A stretch of 20,397 bases of DNA from positions 20,226 to 40,622 of the forward strand of contig PSLL01000023.1 of the NCBI GenBank assembly GCA_040289575.1, in the 5' to 3' direction. This DNA comes from Candidatus Dadabacteria bacterium (GTDB taxonomy: Bacteria; Desulfobacterota_D; UBA1144; Nemesobacterales; CSP1-2). This document shows positions 9,970 to 17,797 of the stretch, one piece after another (the stretch's first letter is position 1; every line of letters begins with the position of its first letter). The translations under genes were made by a program, and so were the position numbers. Below the pieces are notes generated by a model. The model was not told the DNA's origin and did not search any database. It saw only the letters and a program-made list of their open reading frames with translations.

Positions 9970-12900
9970 CTATTTATTTTCAAACTCGATTTTAAGCCTC
10001 CCTTCGCTTGCCCTCTTTGCCGTCTCCCTAATTACCGAAAGGAGATGGGCTACGGATATAGAATTCCTTTTTGAATCTACACGGATAATCAAGTCCTTTA
10101 CGCCGAGTATGGTATGCGATATCTCGAGTTCCTTGAATGTGATAATGCCGCTTCTTATGTAGCCGTATATACGTCCTTTATCATATTTGCGTGATGAGCG
10201 AAGCAGGAGTTTCTCTCTTACGCCGAGTTGTGTGAGAAGCGCCCTTCCAATTGTTTTCGGCTCCTTTTTCGATTTTATAGGCCAGAAATTAAAGGCGCCG
10301 TCGATTGTGCCGAGCTTTCCCCCTATGTTGCTCAACCAACCGACTCCATCTATTCTTCCCGTAATATAATCCCTTGTAGAAGGAATACTGTCTGAAGCCT
10401 CTTTCAGGCTTAGGTCTTTGAACAGAAATGAAAAATCATATCTGCGCTTCTCCCCCTTACCGTCAAACTCGAATAGACCCGTACCGAATACACTGCCGTC
10501 ATAGAGTTTAGACTGAAATCGCTTCAGATTGAGTTTGTTCCTGCCCACATCAAGCGCAAATTCTATATCCTCAAGCCTCAGAAATCCATACTCAATCTCC
10601 CCGATTCTTAAGATGTCATCCCCCCCTTCAGATTTATCCAGAGTCAAAGCGTCAAGAAATGACTCAAATGTCTTTTCATCCGGTCTTGAGCGCCCAATTA
10701 TAGAGAAACCCAAATGGTTCTTTAGACCGCTTTCATCTTCTATTAGGTGAATTGTTCCGTTTATGTCTTTAATCAAAAAATGGACTCCGGATGAGAGATT
10801 CCCATCAAATGAGGCGTTTTTAAGGGATAATCTTCCGTGCCAGAGCACTTCCCCTTTATTGGTAATGTCAAGAACTAGGTTTAAACTCGTATTTCCTCTA
10901 ATCTCAGCCCCTCTCAGCGCTTCTGGAAGAATTGGGGATAAAATACCCTTTATAGAGGCCAGCAGAGATTCTGGTAAATCAATCCGAAGCCTTCTAACAG
11001 TATCTAGAGAATTCTCCAACCTGCCTATAAACCTAATAATCTCACCACTCCCATTTTCTATAAACCCGTCTTCTAAGACAATAGTTTCACCAACTGTTTT
11101 AATCCTCATACGACCGCTGAGTAAGTTGACCGCGCTATATTGTCCTAATTTTAAACCAGCGTTAACTTCCCCCTCCCCCTGCGGAAGAAGGCCCTTTTTA
11201 AATTCCCCTCCAAATCTGAAATTCAATGCCCTTAATGAAATAACCTTATTAAGATTGATATTCTTAATCTCAATCTCAGAAGAGATAAAAGCGGGAGATA
11301 CCGTTTTAATCCGTATATTGCCCTCCAAATCCCCGCTGAGGAACCTGCCGGAGATATTCTTCACATCAATTCCGCTCCTATTAGGGCTTATATGGAAGGA
11401 CATATCTTTTAATCGCGATTTAAGGATATAGGCTTCACCAATAGATATGCTTCCATCCCATATCGGCTCCCTGCCGTCACGGACGTTAAATCTAAATTCC
11501 CCACTTATCCCCTCTGACTTCACTCCGTTATCGAATCCGGAGAAAGTTCCCCGAGTGAATGTGAGTATATATGCCTTCTTTTCCCTAAATAGGATGTTGA
11601 GATTTTCCGTTTTTAATTCTCCATAATCCCCCACAGCTACATTTAGGTTTGTGAGATTTAGTAAATCATCACCGAATCTAAAGTCGAAAAAAACTATAGG
11701 AAAGGAGACATCTTTGTATATCCCTCCTTTTCCATCTAATCTTCCCCAAACACCTATTTTTTTATTCTTCCATATATGAATTTCAGTTTGAAACTCCCTC
11801 ATGTAGATCCCTTCGCCAGACATATTAAACTGGGAACCATATGAATTTATATCCAGTGTCCAATAATTATCCCTCCCTAGATTAAATTCCAATACGGTTG
11901 CGTGTCCTCTATGCACTGCGGCCTTATTAAATGAGAGATTCTCATAAGATAAGCCTTTGCTACTCAATACAATTCCATCTTCCGAAGGGATAAATTGAAC
12001 ATTTCCAGAAATCCCGTTTACATCCAGATTTCCTATTTTAAGTCTCCTCAAAGAAAAATTCCCTTGAGCAAGAAAAGCCTCAGGCACGTGACCTCCGAGG
12101 CATTGTTTGAAATTAAAATCGCCTTTGAGTCTGATAATCTGAAGGCCGCTACTTTTGTCATTGACATTAACACCTATCAAAGATACATCTCCCCCCAGAT
12201 ATATATTCTTATCTCTTACCGAGCCGGTAATTTTTAGATTACTGGGTTCGGCATCCCCAGAAAATTCAGCGGAAGAAAGGCCAGGAAACCAACTCGTTAT
12301 GTCCTCAAGCCGTATGGTTTTTGCTTCCCCCCTAATATTAAAAATCGCTTCTTTTGTGAGCCTTTTGACATCTCCGGCAAATGAAGTATGGATTAGCCCA
12401 TTTAAATCTAAATTCAGAGAATTCACAAAAACCGCGTCTTTTAATCCGTCGTATGTTAGGTCATAATTGATTTTTACGGAAAAGGGTGAATTCTTCTCAT
12501 TCTTAGATTTTGCCGATTCAAAATTAATTACTCCTTGAGATGCAATCCCGCTCGAAATCTGAAATCTTGAATATAAAAAGACGTCCACTTCATTAGGTAA
12601 GAAAGAGACATTGGAAAATGACTGCGTATTTAGTTGAGGGAGATTTATCCTCAATTCTCCTGTCGGCTTATCCAAAAATGGTCTGATTTTCCCTTGTATC
12701 TCCATTTGATTGCTTTTCACATCTATCAATCCAGAAAGATTTACACCCCCTTTTTCACCCAGACCGGCGTCTCTTAGGTCGGCCTCTATTTTTTTTATGT
12801 GAATTGGGACTTGGGAAACAAACTCAACCCGGGCATCGGTTATTATTAACCTTTCAATCTCAAACAGAACATATTTCTCCTTTTTCTCATTGCTCCCAGC

Positions 12901-13305
12901 TGCCTCTTTCTTAATCAATTTCGCCAGATTATTAAACCTTCCCCGTGTAAGATAAATAGATGAGTTATCAACGATTATTTCCCGAATCTTTATTTTCCGA
13001 CTGATAAGAGAAGATATAATCTCGGGCCTGACGACCATGTTTTTAACCTTCAGTATTGGATTTGTGGGATTAAGCCGGTCAAAAATTTCTACATCGCTCC
13101 CTATAAGTCCGGAGAAGAGATTAAACACTATATCACCGATTTTAACCTTATAGCCCGCATCCCTTGAAGCCTCTTCTATATAACGGCGTATCTCACCGGG
13201 AATAATCACATTCGACAAAATGAGGATTGAGACAAGAATGAGAAACACAAAACCCGTCGATATAAAGGCGGGGATTCCGACAAACCTACTTTTAGGAAAT
13301 GACAT
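9970..13305 (-). CDS. Large AsmA/DUF748/YdbH-like intermembrane lipid-transfer (bridge-like) protein
   Basis: Single N-terminal TM anchor and about 1100 aa of repeated amphipathic beta-strands, including LYDGSVFGTG and a C-terminal YdbH-like segment. Lies directly upstream of a DUF1318 gene, as in ydbH-ynbE-ydbL loci. Confidence 0.75.
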   Translation of the reverse strand: MSFPKSRFVGIPAFISTGFVFLILVSILILSNVIIPGEIRRYIEEASRDAGYKVKIGDIVFNLFSGLIGSDVEIFDRLNPTNPILKVKNMVVRPEIISSLISRKIKIREIIVDNSSIYLTRGRFNNLAKLIKKEAAGSNEKKEKYVLFEIERLIITDARVEFVSQVPIHIKKIEADLRDAGLGEKGGVNLSGLIDVKSNQMEIQGKIRPFLDKPTGELRINLPQLNTQSFSNVSFLPNEVDVFLYSRFQISSGIASQGVINFESAKSKNEKNSPFSVKINYDLTYDGLKDAVFVNSLNLDLNGLIHTSFAGDVKRLTKEAIFNIRGEAKTIRLEDITSWFPGLSSAEFSGDAEPSNLKITGSVRDKNIYLGGDVSLIGVNVNDKSSGLQIIRLKGDFNFKQCLGGHVPEAFLAQGNFSLRRLKIGNLDVNGISGNVQFIPSEDGIVLSSKGLSYENLSFNKAAVHRGHATVLEFNLGRDNYWTLDINSYGSQFNMSGEGIYMREFQTEIHIWKNKKIGVWGRLDGKGGIYKDVSFPIVFFDFRFGDDLLNLTNLNVAVGDYGELKTENLNILFREKKAYILTFTRGTFSGFDNGVKSEGISGEFRFNVRDGREPIWDGSISIGEAYILKSRLKDMSFHISPNRSGIDVKNISGRFLSGDLEGNIRIKTVSPAFISSEIEIKNINLNKVISLRALNFRFGGEFKKGLLPQGEGEVNAGLKLGQYSAVNLLSGRMRIKTVGETIVLEDGFIENGSGEIIRFIGRLENSLDTVRRLRIDLPESLLASIKGILSPILPEALRGAEIRGNTSLNLVLDITNKGEVLWHGRLSLKNASFDGNLSSGVHFLIKDINGTIHLIEDESGLKNHLGFSIIGRSRPDEKTFESFLDALTLDKSEGGDDILRIGEIEYGFLRLEDIEFALDVGRNKLNLKRFQSKLYDGSVFGTGLFEFDGKGEKRRYDFSFLFKDLSLKEASDSIPSTRDYITGRIDGVGWLSNIGGKLGTIDGAFNFWPIKSKKEPKTIGRALLTQLGVREKLLLRSSRKYDKGRIYGYIRSGIITFKELEISHTILGVKDLIIRVDSKRNSISVAHLLSVIRETAKRASEGRLKIEFENK

Positions 13306-13422
13306 CTAGTAAATATTATATTGAAAATCGCCCGATTAGTAGGGAAATCCTTTTAGGATTTGAGTCCTGTGTCCTTTCCATTTAGATAACCGCTCAGGGG
13401 TTATGTCTATTACAGATGCAAC

Positions 13423-13451
13423 TTGAAAACCCAGCCCCTCAAGGCTAGACT
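13423..13451 (+). promoter_or_regulatory. Putative sigma70 promoter of the MBL-fold gene (near-leaderless)
   Basis: TTGAAA (13423-28), N17, TAGACT (13446-51), ending 10 nt before ATG 13462. No SD. Confidence 0.5.
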
Positions 13452-13461
13452 TAAAAAATTA

Positions 13462-14427
13462 ATGATTGAATATGACGAGGGGATTCATATAAGGGGAACG
13501 GACCTCTGGTTTGATTCAAAAAAGAGGGTTCAACTCTCCTTTCTTTCAAATGCAAATGTAAACCACTTTGTTCCGCATGAAAAGGTAATTGCCACCCCTC
13601 AAACGTTAAAGCTCTTGGGTGATAGGATTAAAAATTCTGTTGTCCTTGCCTGCCCATTCAACCGTCCCTTTACGCTCGGCAAGGTCCAGGTGGAGCTTAT
13701 TCCAGCCGGATATATCCTAGGCTCCTCTCAAATAGTTGCAGAGATTGATGGAAAAAGAATCATATATACCGGGGATTTTAAACTGAGGCACGCAGAAACG
13801 GCGGAGACGGCGGAGGTAAAGCGATGCGATATACTCATTATGAAATGCACATACGGTCTTCCAAAATACGCCTTTCCTTCCCCGGAGGGCGTAATTGACT
13901 CGCTCTTAGTTTTTATAGACGAATCCCTTTCTTCAGGAGCCACGCCTGTGCTCCTCGTTGAGGTTCTTGGAAAAGCCGAGGACATCGCTAAGGTTCTAGG
14001 GGACAGGGGTTATAAGCTCAGCGTCCATAGGTCAATTTATAAGTTTATTAAGATTTATGAGGAATTCGGAATCGGTTTTTCAAACTACGAGAGGTTCAGA
14101 CCAAGGGAACTGAAAGACCGGGTTCTCCTTGTGCCTATATATCTTAGGGGTTCGGATATTGTAGAGAAAATAGAGAGAAAGAGAATCGGAGCCGTCATGG
14201 GATGGGCTGTGGATAAGGTGTTTGTAAAATCTGTATTTGGGGCGGATGAAGCCTTTCCTCTTAGCAGTCACGCAGGATACGAAGAATTAATCCAGATTGT
14301 AGAGATATCACGACCCAATGAGGTATATTTAATTGGTGGCTTCAGCGTCGAATTCGCAAGAACCCTACAGAAAAGGGGGTTCAATGCAAAGCCCCTTGAG
14401 ACGCCTTCACAACTGAAGCTTTTTTAA
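13462..14427 (+). CDS. MBL-fold / beta-CASP exonuclease homologue (ligase-associated exonuclease-like), active site degenerate
   Basis: LWFD, L.PAG.ILGS, IIYTGDFK, D.LI..CTYG.P.Y.FP, LGKA and FPLS.HA.Y.EL pattern. HxHxDH is replaced by NANVNH. ATG 13462 is preferred over TTG 13423. Confidence 0.85.
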   Translation: MIEYDEGIHIRGTDLWFDSKKRVQLSFLSNANVNHFVPHEKVIATPQTLKLLGDRIKNSVVLACPFNRPFTLGKVQVELIPAGYILGSSQIVAEIDGKRIIYTGDFKLRHAETAETAEVKRCDILIMKCTYGLPKYAFPSPEGVIDSLLVFIDESLSSGATPVLLVEVLGKAEDIAKVLGDRGYKLSVHRSIYKFIKIYEEFGIGFSNYERFRPRELKDRVLLVPIYLRGSDIVEKIERKRIGAVMGWAVDKVFVKSVFGADEAFPLSSHAGYEELIQIVEISRPNEVYLIGGFSVEFARTLQKRGFNAKPLETPSQLKLF

Positions 14428-14438
14428 TGATTTTATTT

Positions 14439-14590
14439 TGCTCTGTTGCAAGGATAATATATAACACGATAGATGGGGTTTTCTAACCTCTTTAGATTCT
14501 ATACCAAAATGTAGTGCTCTTTCAGCGAACGGGCTTAAATAGGGCTTATGAGGGCATCAGTCCCTACAATAAGATGCTTGCAACAGAGCA
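14439..14590. mobile_element. 152-bp MITE (non-autonomous IS derivative) with TIRs and 9-bp target-site duplication
   Basis: Left end TGCTCTGTTGCAAGGAT; right end reverse complement TGCTCTGTTGCAAGCAT (16/17 match). Flanked by ATTTTATTT at 14430-14438 and 14591-14599. No transposase ORF. Confidence 0.9.
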
Positions 14591-14598
14591 ATTTTATT

Positions 14599-14702
14599 TA
14601 GCTAAGAATTGACGCAAATGAGATAATCAGAATACAGAATAAAATGGAACACTTATTTAACTCCTGTATTCTGTTTCTTATATTCGTGTTCATTCGTGGC
14701 TA
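14599..14702. repeat. Nested inverted-repeat (REP-like) element
   Basis: Imperfect outer arms TAGCTAAGAATTGACGCAAAT / ATTCGTGTTCATTCGTGGCTA. Perfect inner arms CAGAATACAG (14628-37) / CTGTATTCTG (14664-73). Confidence 0.5.
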
Positions 14703-14726
14703 ATTTACTTCCTCAGGAGGAATAAA

Positions 14727-15146
14727 ATGCCTGTAAAAACCATAAGCCTGAGACTGCAAACAAAGGGGGAAACGGATTTAATAGATATAACCCGAATGGT
14801 AGAAAGCTCGGTAAGGAATTCCGGAATCTCTTCCGGAATAGTTACGGTATTTGTCCCAGGCTCCACCGCTGGGGTTACGACAATTGAATACGAAAGCGGA
14901 GCACTAATGGATTTCCAAAGAGCCGTAGAGAGGATTGTGCCCAAGAACATTCACTACGACCACGATGCAAGATGGGGGGATGGAAACGGATACTCTCATA
15001 TAAGAGCTGCTCTCCTTGGAGCCTCCCTTACGGTTCCCTTCTCATCATCAAGGCTCCTTCTCGGAACGTGGCAGCAGATCGTGCTCGTTGATTTTGATAA
15101 TAGACCGAGAAAAAGGGAACTAACCCTTCAGATTATGGGTGAGTGA
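14727..15146 (+). CDS. yjbQ: YjbQ / UPF0047 family protein (secondary thiamine-phosphate synthase enzyme)
   Basis: DLIDIT, STAGVT.IE.E, NG.SHIRA.L.G.S and LGTWQ.I...DFD..PR.R motifs. SD AGGAGG. Confidence 0.95.
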   Translation: MPVKTISLRLQTKGETDLIDITRMVESSVRNSGISSGIVTVFVPGSTAGVTTIEYESGALMDFQRAVERIVPKNIHYDHDARWGDGNGYSHIRAALLGASLTVPFSSSRLLLGTWQQIVLVDFDNRPRKRELTLQIMGE

Positions 15147-15215
15147 GTATAGTAAGCCGGCGAATGAGTTCGGCAGACTACAAAAAATGACACTAAATTT
15201 AGAGGAGGTTTAGCG

Positions 15216-16001
15216 ATGAATGTAAAACAGCTTTTTGACCTCACGGATCAGGTGGCTATAGTCACAGGCGGATATACAGGAATCGGGAGGCAGATATCAG
15301 AGGGCCTTGCCGAAGCTGGAGCAAATGTGGTCATTTGTGCGAGAAATTTTGATGAATGTGTCAAGGCGGCGGAGGAGATCAAGAAAAACACAGGGGTTAA
15401 AACCCTTGCCCTAAAGTGCGATGTTTCAAACCCCAATGATGTTGAATCCGTAGTAAAAGAATCGCTCAGTAGATTCGGTAAAATCGACATACTCGTCAAT
15501 AATGCCGGGATAGCTATGGGTGGGCTTCCAGAAGATACAGATATAAAGGATTGGGACAGCGTGATTAAAGTAAATCTAACCGGCACCTTTATTTGCTGTA
15601 AGGAGGTAGGAAGGTTTATGATTAAATCAAGAAGGGGGAAGATTATTAATCTAGCGTCAATTATGGGATTTCAAACCACCGAGTTGGTAAGCGCACCCGC
15701 TTATGTGGCGACCAAAGGAGCAATCGTTGCTCTTACCCGGGAACTCGCTGTCAGGTGGATTCGCCACAATATAAATGTGAATGCAATTGCTCCCGGGTGG
15801 TTTCCAACACAAATGACAGACCCTGTTCTTAGCCCCGATAAGATGGGCAAGGGAGACGAGATGCTGCGCTCCATCCCGGCAAGAAGATTCGGAGGGGAAT
15901 ATGACCTAAAGGGGGTTACGGTTCTTCTCGCCTCCTCAGCCTCGGATTACATCGTAGGGCAGACCATAACTGTAGACGGAGGCACTTTGGCAAGATATTG
16001 A
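15216..16001 (+). CDS. SDR family oxidoreductase (gluconate 5-dehydrogenase-like)
   Basis: TGG.TGIG Rossmann motif, NNAG, catalytic YxxxK (YVATK), VNAIAPG and VDGG. SD GAGGAGGT. Confidence 0.93.
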   Translation: MNVKQLFDLTDQVAIVTGGYTGIGRQISEGLAEAGANVVICARNFDECVKAAEEIKKNTGVKTLALKCDVSNPNDVESVVKESLSRFGKIDILVNNAGIAMGGLPEDTDIKDWDSVIKVNLTGTFICCKEVGRFMIKSRRGKIINLASIMGFQTTELVSAPAYVATKGAIVALTRELAVRWIRHNINVNAIAPGWFPTQMTDPVLSPDKMGKGDEMLRSIPARRFGGEYDLKGVTVLLASSASDYIVGQTITVDGGTLARY

Positions 16002-16025
16002 AGTTTCTAGATTAGACCTATAGAT

Positions 16026-16682
16026 TCAGACAAATTTCACGGAAAATTCCCGTTTATACCTCATATTTAAATTGATTATAAGCGGCGTAATAGCCTCTAT
16101 CATCATCGAGGACTCAAGCGGTCCGGCATCGAGCACCTTCAAATCCGGTATTTCTTCGGTGATTCTTTTTACCTCGTCCTTTGCGTCTTTATCATCCCCG
16201 CATATCACAACATCATAGTTAAGGACATGGTCTATTTCCCTTAACGCCTTTGCAGGGAGGTTGTGGTAGGCAGAGACCAGTTTTACAGTCTCTGGCAAAG
16301 TCTCCTTTATCTCAAGTGCGGCAGAGCCTTGAGGAGGAGGGGAATAGACAAAAATCTTTCCCTTTTTAACCATCGGAACTACAGGAGAGATCACGATTTG
16401 GTTATTAAAGCTATCCCGAATTTGATGGATGGTTGAGGCCGCATACTCAAAGGGTATACTTATTACGACCACCTCAGCCGCACGGGCAGCCTCGGCATTA
16501 ACCAGACCCTCTATGTGTGAATTAACACCGAGTTTAGAGAGTACCCCCCTATATTCCGATGCTATTCCCTTTGCCTTCTCATCGCTTCTTGAGCCTATGA
16601 AAATCTCATGTCCTATCTTTGACCAGCGAAGCACTAGCCCTTCGGCAATGTCGCCTGTACCGCCTAAAAGAGCAATTCTCAT
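16026..16682 (-). CDS. npdG: NADPH-dependent F420 reductase (F420H2:NADP+ oxidoreductase, Fno)
   Basis: MRIALLGGTG, IGSR..EKA, GSAA, V.AYHNLPA, D....GD...AK and LDAGPL......E.ITPL..NLN motifs. Confidence 0.92.
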   Translation of the reverse strand: MRIALLGGTGDIAEGLVLRWSKIGHEIFIGSRSDEKAKGIASEYRGVLSKLGVNSHIEGLVNAEAARAAEVVVISIPFEYAASTIHQIRDSFNNQIVISPVVPMVKKGKIFVYSPPPQGSAALEIKETLPETVKLVSAYHNLPAKALREIDHVLNYDVVICGDDKDAKDEVKRITEEIPDLKVLDAGPLESSMMIEAITPLIINLNMRYKREFSVKFV

Positions 16683-16734
16683 AATTCATCTCTCCGATTT
16701 TGGTTTGAGCTTTCATTATCTAATTAATTTCCAG

Positions 16735-16989
16735 TCAGGTCAAGTCCTCTTGGGATTCTATATCGAATACATCGTCTATTCTTCCGTCTCTTATAAGCCT
16801 CTCATCTACAAGGATTTCATAAGAATCGGCATAAAACACATCCCCACAGCACCGAAATTGGGGAAGGTAGAATCTGTCGGTATCGAGAACCCGGTCAAAA
16901 TACTCCCTCGTTCCCTCAAAAACGGTCTCTTTATAACTCGCCTCGCATTTAGGACAAACCTTTTTAAAAATGAGTTTAATCATCCTCAT
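16735..16989 (-). CDS. Small hypothetical protein, putative zinc ribbon (CPKC...CCG)
   Basis: 84-aa ORF filling the gap between csp and npdG. CxxC plus a CC pair; GGGGT SD-like motif upstream. Confidence 0.6.
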   Translation of the reverse strand: MRMIKLIFKKVCPKCEASYKETVFEGTREYFDRVLDTDRFYLPQFRCCGDVFYADSYEILVDERLIRDGRIDDVFDIESQEDLT

Positions 16990-17040
16990 ATATACCCCAA
17001 CCTTAAAGAATGTCTGAGATGCCGGCAGTTCAGAGAGCCT

Positions 17041-17244
17041 CTAACTCGAAGCCCTAACGTTTATAGCCCTGGGTCCACGCTTATCCTTCTCCACATCAAA
17101 TTCCACAGAGTCCCCCTCCTTTAAGCTCTTAAAATCAATCCCCTGAAGGCCCGTAATATGAAAGAAGAGCTCTCTCCCATCCTCTGCCTTTATAAATCCA
17201 TAGCCCTTGTCTTCCATTACCTTCTTTATTTTCCCCTTAGGCAT
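17041..17244 (-). CDS. csp: Cold-shock domain protein
   Basis: GKIK...DKGYGFI (RNP1), LFFH (RNP2), L.EG..VEF and GPRA.NV. SD AGAGGAGG. Confidence 0.96.
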   Translation of the reverse strand: MPKGKIKKVMEDKGYGFIKAEDGRELFFHITGLQGIDFKSLKEGDSVEFDVEKDKRGPRAINVRASS

Positions 17245-17286
17245 GTGCCCCTCCTCTTATTAGTTTCATCCATCTCCCCCCTTCTA

Positions 17287-17505
17287 CTACCTTGTCCTTC
17301 CTTTCCCGTCATGTGCTTTTCCAGACCAGGGCGCGGTAAATCTTTTACAGTAGTGATATAGAGTCCTGTATTTTTCCCTCTCCGCCTGTGTATTATTAAG
17401 CCGCATATAGCACTCAAAACAGGCTATCTTGCCATCAATGTGTCTATCTCGAAAACTCCCCTCCGGGACTGGAGCCTCACAGAAACGGCATTTCTCCAAT
17501 TTCAT
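17287..17505 (-). CDS. Small hypothetical Cys-rich protein (CRFC...CFEC zinc finger-like)
   Basis: 72 aa with two CxxC pairs. Good SD GAGGT about 5 nt before the ATG; lies upstream of csp on the same strand. Confidence 0.55.
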   Translation of the reverse strand: MKLEKCRFCEAPVPEGSFRDRHIDGKIACFECYMRLNNTQAEREKYRTLYHYCKRFTAPWSGKAHDGKGRTR

Positions 17506-17663
17506 CTCTTACCTCTCTCTATTAAGATTGCTGACTTCGTTTTTAACAGGAATTTTAAACTCCCCTAGAATTGCTTCCCCATCGCATGGTTGTAAGGTAT
17601 ATGGAAGTCGGTGTTTTCTTGATGCCCAAATGCACTCTAGTTGAGTTCCCACATTCCCTCAAG

Positions 17664-17708
17664 GACCGAAATATAAACATAATTATTATATTATGAATTA
17701 TTTCGGTC
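17664..17708. promoter_or_regulatory. AT-rich palindrome overlapping a possible minus-strand promoter
   Basis: Perfect 10-bp arms GACCGAAATA / TATTTCGGTC enclosing CATAAT / ATTATG. TTGACC and TATAAT-like boxes lie on the minus strand, but with atypical spacing. Confidence 0.45.
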
Positions 17709-17797
17709 AATAACTCAATCCCTATTTATTTTTCAGTTAGGGTCGTCTTAGTAAATTGTGGGATAATACCATGCCCTAAGATTAACCGTTTGATAAA

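Noticed and set aside
10763..11431. 222-aa plus-strand ORF
   Set aside because: Fully antisense to the AsmA/YdbH-like gene, with no recognisable motifs.
15150..15182. Weak GTAG-type REP-like hairpin between yjbQ and the SDR
   Set aside because: The stem is too imperfect and there is only one copy in the window.
16429..17124. 231-aa plus-strand ORF spanning npdG, the small ORF and csp
   Set aside because: Antisense to well-supported genes, with no motifs or SD; treated as a chance open frame.
17226..17417. 63-aa minus-strand ORF overlapping the csp start
   Set aside because: It overlaps both the better-supported 72-aa ORF and csp. A short SD-preceded mini-ORF at its 3' end cannot be distinguished from chance.
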